Origin: an uncultured Rhodospirillaceae bacterium
GTDB taxonomy: Bacteria; Pseudomonadota; Alphaproteobacteria; GCA-2731375
DNA length: 45,829 bases
Direction of reading: 5' to 3'
NCBI GenBank assembly: GCA_964462145.1
Contig: CAYWYB010000003.1
Location: 1-45,829, forward strand
Shown: positions 28,527-38,116 of the stretch, one piece after another
Position numbering within the stretch: position 1 is the stretch's first letter
How the letters are laid out: every line of letters begins with the position of its first letter
Notes under the pieces: model-generated
Told to the model about the DNA's origin: nothing
Databases searched by the model: none
What the model saw: the letters and a program-made list of their open reading frames with translations, nothing else
Position numbers and translations under genes: made by a program

Positions 28527-28568
28527 GGGCCGGCCGCATTGAGGGAAACCTCGCTGGCCGGCCCTTTG
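28527..28568. terminator. GC-rich hairpin between convergent genes
   Basis: GGGCCGGCC...GAGG-GAAA-CCTC...GGCCGGCCC followed by TTT. Confidence 0.65.
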
Positions 28569-28577
28569 ATTCAGCGT

Positions 28578-30116
28578 CTAGTTACCTGAAATCCGCCGCT
28601 CATGACCTTCCCAGTACGGCTCGCGCAGTACCTTGCGCTGAATTTTTCCGACCGCGCTTTTGGGCAGCGGCTCGCTGGTCAGAAGCACTGATTTGGGCCG
28701 TTTGTAGGAGCCCAGGCGTTCGGCGCAGAAGGCAATCAATGCCTCTTCCGTGACCGCGGCCCCCTCGTTGACCATACAGACAGCCATGGGGCTCTCGCCC
28801 CAGCGCTCGTCAGGCACCGCGAAGACCGCTGCCTCGACAATATCGCCATGGTCGCACAGAACGTTTTCCAGTTCCGCCGGGTAGATGTTGTAGCCGCCCG
28901 AGACGATCATGTCGCCGGCCCGGTCCAACAGATAGAGATAACCGTTGCGGTCGATCATACCGATATCGCCGGTCAATACCCAGTCGTCCACCATGCGTTC
29001 CGCCGTGGCCTCGGGGTCTTCCCAAAAGCCGGCCATCTGACCATCGCAGCGCAGGGCGATCTCACCCTCTTCGCCCTGGGGCAGGGGGTTATTGTTTTCG
29101 TCCCAGATTTCCACGTCGGCGAAGGGCAGAACCAGGCCGCAGGAGCGCAAGGGCTCCGAGCCCTCGATCTCGGCGAACCATTGCCGCGGCCCCATCATGG
29201 TGACCGGTACAGCCTCGGTCTGTCCATAGCCCTGCCACAGGGTATCGCCGAAAATCTCCCGCGCCGTCAGCGCGGTATCGTCGGCAATAGGAGCGGCGCC
29301 AACCTGCATGCATTTCAGCTTGGAAAAATCCCGGCTGCGTGCTTTTGGATCGCGGTTCATCAGGTTCAGCATGGCCGGCACGACAAATAGGTATTGAATC
29401 GGTTCGGCCTCGATGCAGGCAAGGGCGTCGGCGGCGTCAAAATGATCAAGCAGGACGTTGCAGGCGCCATTTAGCCACATGGGGACGAATAAATATCCCG
29501 AACCATGGCTGATCGGTGCAATGTGCAGGCATTTGTCGCCGGGCTCGATCGGCGGAAACAAATAGGTCCAATCCCGTCCCGCCGCCAGCCAGGCGCGGTG
29601 GGTGTAGGCCACGCCCTTGGGCAATCCGGTGGTGCCGCCGGTGTGGCGAACGATAAAATAGTCGTCCCGCGCGACGGGCACATTTGGATCATCGTCGGGA
29701 AAACCGGCCAGCCAGTCTTCATAACCGCCGTCACGCGAAATGATTTTCTCCAGCTTCGGCAATGCCTCCAGTAAGCCATCCAACTCGCCGACATATTCGC
29801 TCGAGGCAATGACCGCACGGCAGCCCGTATGGCCCAGCATATGGCCGTGGGTTTCCGCGCTGTTGCGTGGGTAAAGGGGTACGCGGACCAGATTGGCAAT
29901 GGTTGCGGCAAGGAAAAAATCCACCGCCGGGATGCCGTTATCTTCCAGCGATCCGACCCGGTCGCCCGGCTTCAGCCCCATGTCGAGCAAGGCATTGGCA
30001 AGCCGCAGGCCGCGCTGCCAGGACTGCGCGAAGGTCAGGCGATGCTGACCATGAACAATGGCTTCCCGTTCGCTATTGAAACTAACCGCCCGGCGCATCA
30101 AGCCGCGAATATCCAT
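28578..30116 (-). CDS. AMP-binding acyl-CoA synthetase (class I adenylate-forming)
   Basis: HTGGTTGLPKG, GYGQTE, TGDIG, SGGYNIYPAE, LPKSAVGK. Confidence 0.92.
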   Translation of the reverse strand: MDIRGLMRRAVSFNSEREAIVHGQHRLTFAQSWQRGLRLANALLDMGLKPGDRVGSLEDNGIPAVDFFLAATIANLVRVPLYPRNSAETHGHMLGHTGCRAVIASSEYVGELDGLLEALPKLEKIISRDGGYEDWLAGFPDDDPNVPVARDDYFIVRHTGGTTGLPKGVAYTHRAWLAAGRDWTYLFPPIEPGDKCLHIAPISHGSGYLFVPMWLNGACNVLLDHFDAADALACIEAEPIQYLFVVPAMLNLMNRDPKARSRDFSKLKCMQVGAAPIADDTALTAREIFGDTLWQGYGQTEAVPVTMMGPRQWFAEIEGSEPLRSCGLVLPFADVEIWDENNNPLPQGEEGEIALRCDGQMAGFWEDPEATAERMVDDWVLTGDIGMIDRNGYLYLLDRAGDMIVSGGYNIYPAELENVLCDHGDIVEAAVFAVPDERWGESPMAVCMVNEGAAVTEEALIAFCAERLGSYKRPKSVLLTSEPLPKSAVGKIQRKVLREPYWEGHERRISGN

Positions 30117-30151
30117 GTGTTGGCATCCCTAAACTGAAACTGTGCGTAGAC

Positions 30152-31369
30152 CTACGCTTGCGGCGGAGAATACCTCTCCTCCCGGGCTTTTTGAAGCACC
30201 CAAAGCAGACATGCCGCCAGCAACAGGGGCCACAGGGAGATTTGGCTATAACGGGCCAACAGCCATAGGGCGATCGGGGCCAGCCACAATAGAGCCAACA
30301 TCGCCCGGCCGCCGGCGCCCGGCGCAACTCCATCCTGTGCGCGGCCAAGCCACAGAATGGCGAATATCAGCACCACAAGGTCATAGAAAAAAGCATAGGG
30401 CGTGGCCAGAAAAGTCGCGAAAATCAAGGCCGAGGCCCGTAAAGGCACGGAGGCGCCCCGGCGCCAAAGAAAAATCACCGCCAGAATGGCTAGAAATGAT
30501 GATAGAGCCTGGCCGGCATAAGCAATTGGCACCTCGGCGCCGGCCAGACGCAGGGCGGCAAACACCGTTGCCATCTTGGGCCAATGGGCGCTGCCGGACT
30601 CCAGCGCATTGCTGCCCGCAGCCATGACGGTGAAAAATTCCGCCCATGGCTTGCTGCCAAAAACCGCAATACTCAAAACCGAGATGCTGGCGGCACTGGC
30701 CAGCGCGGCGGCGATTGTCCGCCAAGCACCCATGGCCAGCAAGGCAAAGGGCAGCATGATGGCTAAATGAGGTTTGTAGACCAAGAGACCGAACACCAGG
30801 CCAGCGGCAATGGGATGGCGCTGTTGAATGCTCAGGCCACCGCCCAATATGGCGGCGCTCAGCGCGCCATTCTGGCCAGCCAGTATATTGTTCACGGTCG
30901 CGGGAAAGACAAATGCGGCCAAAATGGCTAAGGGCGCCCGGCCCAGGCCGCGCACTGCAGCCGCCAGCAGGGCCAACTGCCCCAGTACCCAGACGAAGAA
31001 CGCCGGTATATAGGGCAGGCTGGCAAGCGGGGCCGCGGCTAGAAGCAAGGGCGGTGGATAAAGCCATGGCAGATAGTCGACAGGACCGCTGATCACGCTG
31101 GCTTGCGCCTGCCGCAGCTCCGGCCAGGAAAATATGGCACTTGGATCACCTGCCAGGGTGAGCAGGGAAGCGGCATAGTAAATGATAAAATCCGCACCCG
31201 GATTGCCGCCCTGAATGCCCTCAAGACGGCGCACGAGCACATAAAGACTGAGCAGCGCGTAGGCGCCAATCAGTTCCAGCCACAACAGGCGCCCGGCGAT
31301 CATCAGCCAACGGGACAGGGGGCCGGAGGGCGGAATTTCCTGAGGAGAGGGATCTGCCTGGATGCTCAA
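30152..31369 (-). CDS. glycosyltransferase family 87 / DUF2029 membrane protein (GT-C fold)
   Basis: DFIIYYAA, LYPP, GQN, YKPH, YDL motifs; multi-TM. Confidence 0.8.
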   Translation of the reverse strand: MSIQADPSPQEIPPSGPLSRWLMIAGRLLWLELIGAYALLSLYVLVRRLEGIQGGNPGADFIIYYAASLLTLAGDPSAIFSWPELRQAQASVISGPVDYLPWLYPPPLLLAAAPLASLPYIPAFFVWVLGQLALLAAAVRGLGRAPLAILAAFVFPATVNNILAGQNGALSAAILGGGLSIQQRHPIAAGLVFGLLVYKPHLAIMLPFALLAMGAWRTIAAALASAASISVLSIAVFGSKPWAEFFTVMAAGSNALESGSAHWPKMATVFAALRLAGAEVPIAYAGQALSSFLAILAVIFLWRRGASVPLRASALIFATFLATPYAFFYDLVVLIFAILWLGRAQDGVAPGAGGRAMLALLWLAPIALWLLARYSQISLWPLLLAACLLWVLQKAREERYSPPQA

Positions 31370-31527
31370 GGTATGCTCGTCTTGGCTATGGTCGGTCGGA
31401 GCGCGGGTATTTTATCGCATAAGGAGGATAAGATCTTATTTTCGTCACGTTAATGCGAGCTTCATCTTTAGCGGACATATTAGCTGTTCGCATATTTATC
31501 TGACCGGGGGCGGGTGACGAGCGGGCT

Positions 31528-33192
31528 ATGAGTTTGAACGAAAAGGCAGCAGTTGAAACAGCAGGAGGCGAAGTCCGTCGCGATCGCGACCGCTTTGTCG
31601 CTTTCGCCTTTTCCGCCGCCGATGCCTTTGTCGAACTCAATAACGAGCAAAAGATCCGCTATGCCACGGGCGCGATCACTGCCTTGACCGGACATGACGG
31701 TAGCGCGCTGGTCGGGCGCCAATTCGATGAATTGATCGTCGCTGAAGACCGCAACATACTCTCCACCGGATGCAAGATGGCGGTCAAGAACGGGCGCTGC
31801 GGCCCCCTTCATCTGCGTTTGCGGCATGATGCCGGCGAAATTTTCAATATTGAAATACGCGGGACGTATTTGCCTATCAACGGCGGCGGTTTGTTCTTGT
31901 CCCTGAACCGGGGTGAACTGACCGGCGTGGGCGTCCCTGAATTGCTGGATAAGGAAAGCTTTGCCGGCCTTGCCCATGAGGCGATTGAATCGGCCCGTAG
32001 CGGCGACCGCCCGGCGGTCATGACCATGCTCGATCTGGAGGGACTGAGCGCCGTTCTGGGCCGCATGGATGAGCGTGATGCGACGGCCCTGATGTCCGAC
32101 ATCAATGGCTATATCCAGGCCCGCGCCATAGAGGGCGGGGCGGCGGCGCATATTGATAACGACATGTTCAGCGTCGTTCATGACCCCGCCGCGGACATGC
32201 TTGATCTGGAACAGATGATCAGTAATCGGGCCGAAGCCGCCGATCCCAGCGGCGAAGGGGTCACGGTACATACCGCCTCCATTGATTTGGCTGGCGACGA
32301 AATGTCCGATTTCGACGATGCCAAGGCATTGTTGTATTCGATCAACAAATTTTCCGAGCAGTGCGGCAAATTCACCATTCAGGATTTGCAGCAAGGCTAT
32401 AAGACCATGATGGATGAGACGCGCGGCAAAATTCTCGCGTTCAAGAGCACCGTGGCCAAAGGCGAGTTCGAGGTTTTCTACCAACCCATCGTCGATTTGC
32501 GAAACCGGGATGTGGATCACTTCGAGGCGTTGGTGCGATTGCAGGGCGGCGGCGCAGAGGATTCGCCCTTTTCCTTCATTAGGTTCGCCGAGGATGCTGG
32601 GATCATCGCCGATTTCGATCTTGCCATGTGTGCCCGGGTTATGCGTTTCCTGGAAACAATTCAGAAGCAGAACCGGGAATTATCCGTCGCGGTAAATCTT
32701 TCCGGACGCTCATTGGAAACGCCGGTCTTCCTGGAAAAACTCATCCAATTGCTAAGTCATTTCACGCCGCCGCGTAGCTGGCTGCAGTTTGAAATAACCG
32801 AATCCTCGACCATTCATGATCTGGAAGCGACCAGCAAATTTCTCAACTCTCTGCGAAAATTGGGACATACGGTCTGTCTTGATGATTTTGGCTCCGGTTC
32901 ATCCGCTTTCCAGTATCTGCGCGCCTTGGATGTGGATTGTGTCAAGATCGATGGCATGTACGTTCGGGAGGCACAGACCTCGACCAAGGGTAAGGCATTC
33001 ATACGAGCCATCGCCTCCCTTTGCGTTGATCTGGGCATCGATACGGTTGGCGAAATGGTGGAGACCGAGGCTTCGGCAGATTTTCTTGTCGATATTGGCG
33101 TCCGCTACGGCCAGGGTTATTTATTCGGCAAGCCTACAAAGGATGTCCTGGGCTGGCAGGTCAATGAGCGCAAATTGACCCAAATGTTTTGA
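31528..33192 (+). CDS. PAS + degenerate GGDEF-like + EAL c-di-GMP phosphodiesterase
   Basis: FYQPIV, FEALVR, VNLS, FEITES, LDDFGSG, VKIDG, GEMVET, GQGYLF all intact. Confidence 0.88.
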   Translation: MSLNEKAAVETAGGEVRRDRDRFVAFAFSAADAFVELNNEQKIRYATGAITALTGHDGSALVGRQFDELIVAEDRNILSTGCKMAVKNGRCGPLHLRLRHDAGEIFNIEIRGTYLPINGGGLFLSLNRGELTGVGVPELLDKESFAGLAHEAIESARSGDRPAVMTMLDLEGLSAVLGRMDERDATALMSDINGYIQARAIEGGAAAHIDNDMFSVVHDPAADMLDLEQMISNRAEAADPSGEGVTVHTASIDLAGDEMSDFDDAKALLYSINKFSEQCGKFTIQDLQQGYKTMMDETRGKILAFKSTVAKGEFEVFYQPIVDLRNRDVDHFEALVRLQGGGAEDSPFSFIRFAEDAGIIADFDLAMCARVMRFLETIQKQNRELSVAVNLSGRSLETPVFLEKLIQLLSHFTPPRSWLQFEITESSTIHDLEATSKFLNSLRKLGHTVCLDDFGSGSSAFQYLRALDVDCVKIDGMYVREAQTSTKGKAFIRAIASLCVDLGIDTVGEMVETEASADFLVDIGVRYGQGYLFGKPTKDVLGWQVNERKLTQMF

Positions 33193-33251
33193 TGGGCAGG
33201 AAACGGCGCCATCATTTCCGTTGCACTCTAACCCGCTAAGAATGAAAGAGC

Positions 33252-33464
33252 CTATCGAGCCCGAGAGCGGCATGATAAGCATGATACTCGTTGCGGAAAC
33301 CAGCCCAGACCCGTCCAGCCCAGGGTAAACAACAGGATCAGAATGGCCCAGCGCCGGGAATGAGACAGCAGGAACGCCAAAATGGCGGGCAGGAAAAACA
33401 GCAGGCTGAGTGCGAAAGAATAGCCGGCGGCGAAATCCAGGCCGTCTTGCAAAAGCGCATCCAT
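33252..33464 (-). CDS. superinfection immunity protein (T4 Imm-like), C-terminus aberrant
   Basis: FFLPAILA...H...AI..L...LGWTGLGW signature; the usual hydrophobic tail after GW is absent. Confidence 0.65.
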   Translation of the reverse strand: MDALLQDGLDFAAGYSFALSLLFFLPAILAFLLSHSRRWAILILLFTLGWTGLGWFPQRVSCLSCRSRAR

Positions 33465-33468
33465 GGCG

Positions 33469-34248
33469 TCAACTGGTGATCAAGCCGCCGTCCACATTGT
33501 AAGCCTGTCCGGTAATGTTGCGGGCGCCCGGCGAGGCGAGAAAGACCGCCATGGCCGCGATATCCTCGGGCTCGTTGATGCGGCGAAGAGGGATCGGCCG
33601 GGCGGCGCGGGCCTCGGCGTCTTCTCTGCTGATGCCGTCGGTTTCCTGCTGGGTGGCGAAAATCTGCTCCAACAACGCGGTGCGGGTAACGCCCGGACAG
33701 ATCGCGTTGACGGTAATGTTGTGCCGTCCCAATTGCTGGGCGGCTGTCTTGGTCAGGGCGATAACCGCGCCCTTGGAGGCGGCATAGGCCGCGTTCGAGG
33801 TGCCTTGGTAACCACGGCCCGCGATCGAGGCCATGTTGATGATCCGGCCGCCGCCCTGTTCGATCATCCGCCGGGCCGCGCCTTGCAGGCAAAAGAACAC
33901 GCCCTTGGAATTGACCCGGTGAATGCGATCCCAATCGGCCTCTGTTAGGTCCATGATATAGGCCTTGCGCGTGACGCCGGCGTTATTGACGATCACATCC
34001 AAACGGCCGAAACGTTCCATCGCCGCATCCAGCATGGCCTCGATGGCGTCAACATCGCCAACATCCGCCGCCAGCGCTAGGCTTTCCACGCCGGCCCGCG
34101 CAGCGGCATCGGCGGTTTCCTGCGCTGCCTCGGCGTTGATGTCGGCGCAGACCACATTGGCGCCGGCCTCGGCCATGGCCTGGGCCACGCCAGCGCCAAT
34201 ACCGGTTCCCGCCCCGGTTATCAGAACAACTTGGTTTTCGAGCAGCAT
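33469..34248 (-). CDS. short-chain dehydrogenase/reductase
   Basis: TGAGTGIG, VNNAG, YAASK, NAICPG, ITGQ..NVDGG. Confidence 0.93.
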   Translation of the reverse strand: MLLENQVVLITGAGTGIGAGVAQAMAEAGANVVCADINAEAAQETADAAARAGVESLALAADVGDVDAIEAMLDAAMERFGRLDVIVNNAGVTRKAYIMDLTEADWDRIHRVNSKGVFFCLQGAARRMIEQGGGRIINMASIAGRGYQGTSNAAYAASKGAVIALTKTAAQQLGRHNITVNAICPGVTRTALLEQIFATQQETDGISREDAEARAARPIPLRRINEPEDIAAMAVFLASPGARNITGQAYNVDGGLITS

Positions 34249-34257
34249 TGAATATTC

Positions 34258-35058
34258 CTAACTTTGCAACAGTACTGAAAATGGCGCCGCCGTGACAATT
34301 TTGCGGGTTGCCCGGCCCAGCCCGGCCAGGACGCCGCGCCGGCCTTCACCAAAGGCGCCGGTAACCAATAGCGTGGCGTCCACCTCGCATGCCGCCGCGA
34401 TCAAGGCACGCCCGCGCGCCCTGGCGGTCAGCCGTTCGGAATCATAAGCCACCACCTTGGCGGCCAAACCATGAGCGGCGAGATATTCCAACATCGGCGC
34501 CATGTCGATAGCGCCGGCACCGCTGCCCTGCAATAGAACGACGTCTTTGGCGGTCCGCATCAGGGGCAGGGCTGATTTGATGGCCCTGGAATTTTGCGTC
34601 GTGCCATTCCAGGCAATTGCCGTCCGTTCGGTGGAGACGCCCTCGGCCTTGGGCGGGATCAACAAGACCGGACGCCCGGTTTCAAACAGCGCGGCGTTTA
34701 GCTGGTCGGCCTCGGGCCCTTCCTCGGCGGATAGCCGCTCCACCAGGATCAGGTCATGGGCATAGCCCAGGGAGGCGATGATGGCGTCGCTGCGAGCCTC
34801 GTACACCAGGAACCGCGCATCCGGCAGATCTCCGCAGACTTCGTTGAAGGCGGCTTCGGCCCGCTTTTGATCCTCGTCCGGTCGCTCGCCTTCACTGCCG
34901 ACAAACGCCATTTCGCCAACACCCATGATCGTGTGGTGGGGTATGCGGGCATGGGCAACGGTTAATTGAGCACTGCTCGAAAGAGCCAAGTTCCGCGCGC
35001 TGGTGAGTGACTCGGCATCATTCGCGCTGCCGTCGATAACAATTATAATTCGTTTCAT
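34258..35058 (-). CDS. universal stress protein (tandem USP)
   Basis: MKRIIIVIDGS, LFETGRPVLL, AIAWNG, LLVTGAFG...G.ATR. Confidence 0.85.
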   Translation of the reverse strand: MKRIIIVIDGSANDAESLTSARNLALSSSAQLTVAHARIPHHTIMGVGEMAFVGSEGERPDEDQKRAEAAFNEVCGDLPDARFLVYEARSDAIIASLGYAHDLILVERLSAEEGPEADQLNAALFETGRPVLLIPPKAEGVSTERTAIAWNGTTQNSRAIKSALPLMRTAKDVVLLQGSGAGAIDMAPMLEYLAAHGLAAKVVAYDSERLTARARGRALIAAACEVDATLLVTGAFGEGRRGVLAGLGRATRKIVTAAPFSVLLQS

Positions 35059-35186
35059 GAATTCTTCGCGCGGATGCGCCCCCGATTGTGTTCACAGCGG
35101 TGCAGAGTAGCGGCGAAATGCGCGAATGGCTATGATCCCCAGATATATTTACAGGGCATTGCACGGCGCGGACAAAAGGAGCGTCC

Positions 35187-35822
35187 ATGGTGGATTCGGG
35201 GGCGAATGGGGGAGAAGATGAGGTGGCGCATGAACGGGCGGATGCGGGGCCGCCGCCCGAACCGGTGAACTTCTATCCCTCGAAAATCCAGCTTGGGATA
35301 TTGGTTCTGCCGTGTTTGCTGGGCGTGGGGATGATCCTGCAAAGCGATGGCGCGGAAGAGTTCACCCTGACGGATCTGAGTTGGACAAATATCATGGCCA
35401 TCGTGATTTGTCTGTTTGTCGCCGGCCTGTTGCTGCAAATGGCCTTTGACCGCAAGCCAGTGGTGGTTTTCGATGCCGTTGGCATTCACTGCCAGCGTCC
35501 CCCCCTTGGCCTGGTACCCTGGTCGGCGGTAATTGGGATAGGGGCGGCAAACGCCACCCTGGCACGGCGGGTGTTGATGGTCGCGGTAGATCCGAACCGC
35601 TTGGATGAAAAGGCGCGAAGCTATATTCGCAACTCGGTCGGCTTCATAAATCTGATCTCACCACAAATGCGGAAATTCGATAGTCAGGCGCAGGGCTACC
35701 CTTCGGTTCATATTCCGATCTCGCATTTATCACGGCCAGCGCGCGAAATTGAAAGTCTGGCGCAGGAATTCGTGCTCTACTATGTCGCGATCGAGGATGA
35801 ACAGAAACGCCACAGGCCCTAG
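35187..35822 (+). CDS. hypothetical membrane protein (2 TM plus soluble domain)
   Basis: AAAGGAG RBS; two hydrophobic helices; G.VPWS.V motif. Confidence 0.7.
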   Translation: MVDSGANGGEDEVAHERADAGPPPEPVNFYPSKIQLGILVLPCLLGVGMILQSDGAEEFTLTDLSWTNIMAIVICLFVAGLLLQMAFDRKPVVVFDAVGIHCQRPPLGLVPWSAVIGIGAANATLARRVLMVAVDPNRLDEKARSYIRNSVGFINLISPQMRKFDSQAQGYPSVHIPISHLSRPAREIESLAQEFVLYYVAIEDEQKRHRP

Positions 35823-35846
35823 AATAAAACCAGTAAGGGAAGCGAG

Positions 35847-37553
35847 ATGCAGTACGATTACATCATTGTGGGCGGTGGCTCCGCCGGTTCCGTGCTGGCC
35901 AACCGGTTATCGGCGCGCAGCGCGAACCAGGTTTTGTTGTGCGAGGCCGGTCAGGATACACCGCATGGCAAGGTGCCCGAGGAGATCCTGGATAGCTATC
36001 CCGGCACCGCATATCTGGATAAGCGCTTCATCTGGAACGAGCTGAAGGTCACCACGGAAGTCATTTCCCACAACAATCCGGACGTGGACCGGCCGCCCCT
36101 GCGCAAGTACGAACAGGCCCGCGTACTAGGCGGCGGTTCGTCCATCAACGGCCAGTTGGCCAACCGTGGCGCGCCGACGGATTTCGATGAATGGGATGCA
36201 CGCGGTGCCAAGGGTTGGAATTGGGACGCGGTGTTGCCCTATTTTAAAAAGGTCGAACGGGATATGGACTATGACGGTCCTTATCATGGCAATGAAGGCC
36301 GCATTCCCGTACGCCGCATCATGCCCGATCTGTGGAACGATCACGCGACCGCCACGGGGAAGGCCTTTGCCCAGGCCGGTTTTGAATATCTGCCTGACCA
36401 GAACGGCGAGTTCAAGGACGGCTATTTCCCGATCACCATGTCGAATGCTTATGAACGCCGTGTCTCCGCCGCCATCGGCTATCTCGATCCCGGCACCCGG
36501 CAGCGAGAGAACCTGACGATTACCACCCAAACCAGGGTCAAGGAGCTGCTGTTCGAGGGCAACCGCTGTGTCGGCGTCAAGGCTATGGTCAAGGGCCAGG
36601 AGCAGGAATTCCGCGGCAACGAGATCATCTTGTCGTCGGGCGCCATCCATTCCCCGGCGCATCTGCTGCGCGCCGGCATCGGCCCGGCCATGGCGCTGCG
36701 CGAAATGGGCATTGACGTACGCCACGATCTGCCCGGCGTTGGCCAGGGCCTGATGGATCACCCATCCGTCGCCGTGGCCTCGTTCGTCAAGCCCCACGCC
36801 AGGGTCAATGATTTTACCCGACGCCATCTTCTGGTCGGGCTGCGCTATTCTTCGGAACTGGAAGGCATCCCCAAGGGCGATATGTTCGTTGCCGTCTCGT
36901 CGAAATCTTCATGGCATGCGGTGGGAGAGCAAATCGCCTCTGAAATCATTTTCGTTAACAAGACCTATTCGGAAACTGGCCAGGTCAAGCTCAATTCCAC
37001 CGACTATCGCGATGAGCCGACGGTGGAATTCAATCTGCTATCGGATCAGCGGGATCTGGACCGTCTGATGGATGGCGTACGCCGCATGACCGCATTGCAT
37101 GCCATGCCCGTATTGCAGGCCGCGACCTCGAATGCGTTCCCGGCCAGCTATTCCGACAAGGTGCGCCAGGTTGGCGAGGTCAACAACAAGAACAAATTCC
37201 TTACCGGTATTTTCGCCAAACTGCTGGATGGCCCGGATGCCCTGCGCAAGGTCTTGATGGATAAATTTATCCTGGAAGGCTTCACCCTGGAACAGTTGAT
37301 GCGGGATGAGGAAGCGTTGGAGACGTTCGTCAGAAAGGCCGCCGTTGGTGTCTGGCATGCCTCATGCAGCTGCCGCATGGGCGCCGATGATGACCCCAAG
37401 GCCGTCACCAACAATGCCGGCCGGGTACGCGGCATGGAAGGGCTACGCGTTGTCGATGCCTCGATCTTCCCGGTCGTGCCCTGTGCCAATACCAATTTTC
37501 CCACCCTAATGACGGCGGAGAAAGTCGCAGACGCCATTCTGGACGGCGCCTAG
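35847..37553 (+). CDS. GMC family FAD oxidoreductase
   Basis: YDYIIVGGGSAG, LGGGSSING, GVGQGLMDHP, VWHAS, VVDASIFP, ANTN. Confidence 0.93.
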   Translation: MQYDYIIVGGGSAGSVLANRLSARSANQVLLCEAGQDTPHGKVPEEILDSYPGTAYLDKRFIWNELKVTTEVISHNNPDVDRPPLRKYEQARVLGGGSSINGQLANRGAPTDFDEWDARGAKGWNWDAVLPYFKKVERDMDYDGPYHGNEGRIPVRRIMPDLWNDHATATGKAFAQAGFEYLPDQNGEFKDGYFPITMSNAYERRVSAAIGYLDPGTRQRENLTITTQTRVKELLFEGNRCVGVKAMVKGQEQEFRGNEIILSSGAIHSPAHLLRAGIGPAMALREMGIDVRHDLPGVGQGLMDHPSVAVASFVKPHARVNDFTRRHLLVGLRYSSELEGIPKGDMFVAVSSKSSWHAVGEQIASEIIFVNKTYSETGQVKLNSTDYRDEPTVEFNLLSDQRDLDRLMDGVRRMTALHAMPVLQAATSNAFPASYSDKVRQVGEVNNKNKFLTGIFAKLLDGPDALRKVLMDKFILEGFTLEQLMRDEEALETFVRKAAVGVWHASCSCRMGADDDPKAVTNNAGRVRGMEGLRVVDASIFPVVPCANTNFPTLMTAEKVADAILDGA

Positions 37554-37557
37554 GCGT

Positions 37558-38037
37558 TTAGCGGCAGGTCACTTCGATTAGGGCATTGTCCGGATCGCGC
37601 AGATAGACTGAACCCGCTTCGTCCGTGCCGTGCTGTGAATAGTCGATGCCCTGATCATTCAGGCGGGCGAACAATGCCTTGTATTGTGCCGGCGACGCTT
37701 TTAGCGCCACATGGTGCATGGCGCCGATGCCGCGTACCACCGGGGCATCGCCATGTTCGGGAAAATCGAAAAACGCCAGCAGATTGCCGCCGCCCATGTC
37801 CAGGAAGATATGCGTCGAGGTCGGATCGTCACGGTTCTCGACCACTTTGACCAGGCGCATGTTCAGGACCTGGGTGTAAAAGCCGACGGTGGCATCCAGG
37901 TCCGAAGAAATCAGCACCAGATGATGCACGCCCTCGGTCCCCAGGGGCGCCTCCGCTTCGGCGGCCATGAATTTGTCCTGCAAGGCACGGCGTTTGGCTT
38001 CGTACGGATTGCTTTGATCCATTGTCTTGATCCCCAT
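37558..38037 (-). CDS. VOC (glyoxalase-like) family protein
   Basis: GVHHLVL, FYTQVL, LAFF, MHHVAL, YLRDPDN..IE. Confidence 0.88.
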   Translation of the reverse strand: MGIKTMDQSNPYEAKRRALQDKFMAAEAEAPLGTEGVHHLVLISSDLDATVGFYTQVLNMRLVKVVENRDDPTSTHIFLDMGGGNLLAFFDFPEHGDAPVVRGIGAMHHVALKASPAQYKALFARLNDQGIDYSQHGTDEAGSVYLRDPDNALIEVTCR

Positions 38038-38116
38038 TATTTCCCCATCATCAGCTTATAGGGGCTTTGAGGCAGAGGGAAGACGGGTACAATGGATGGG
38101 TTAGGAGGAACGTAAA

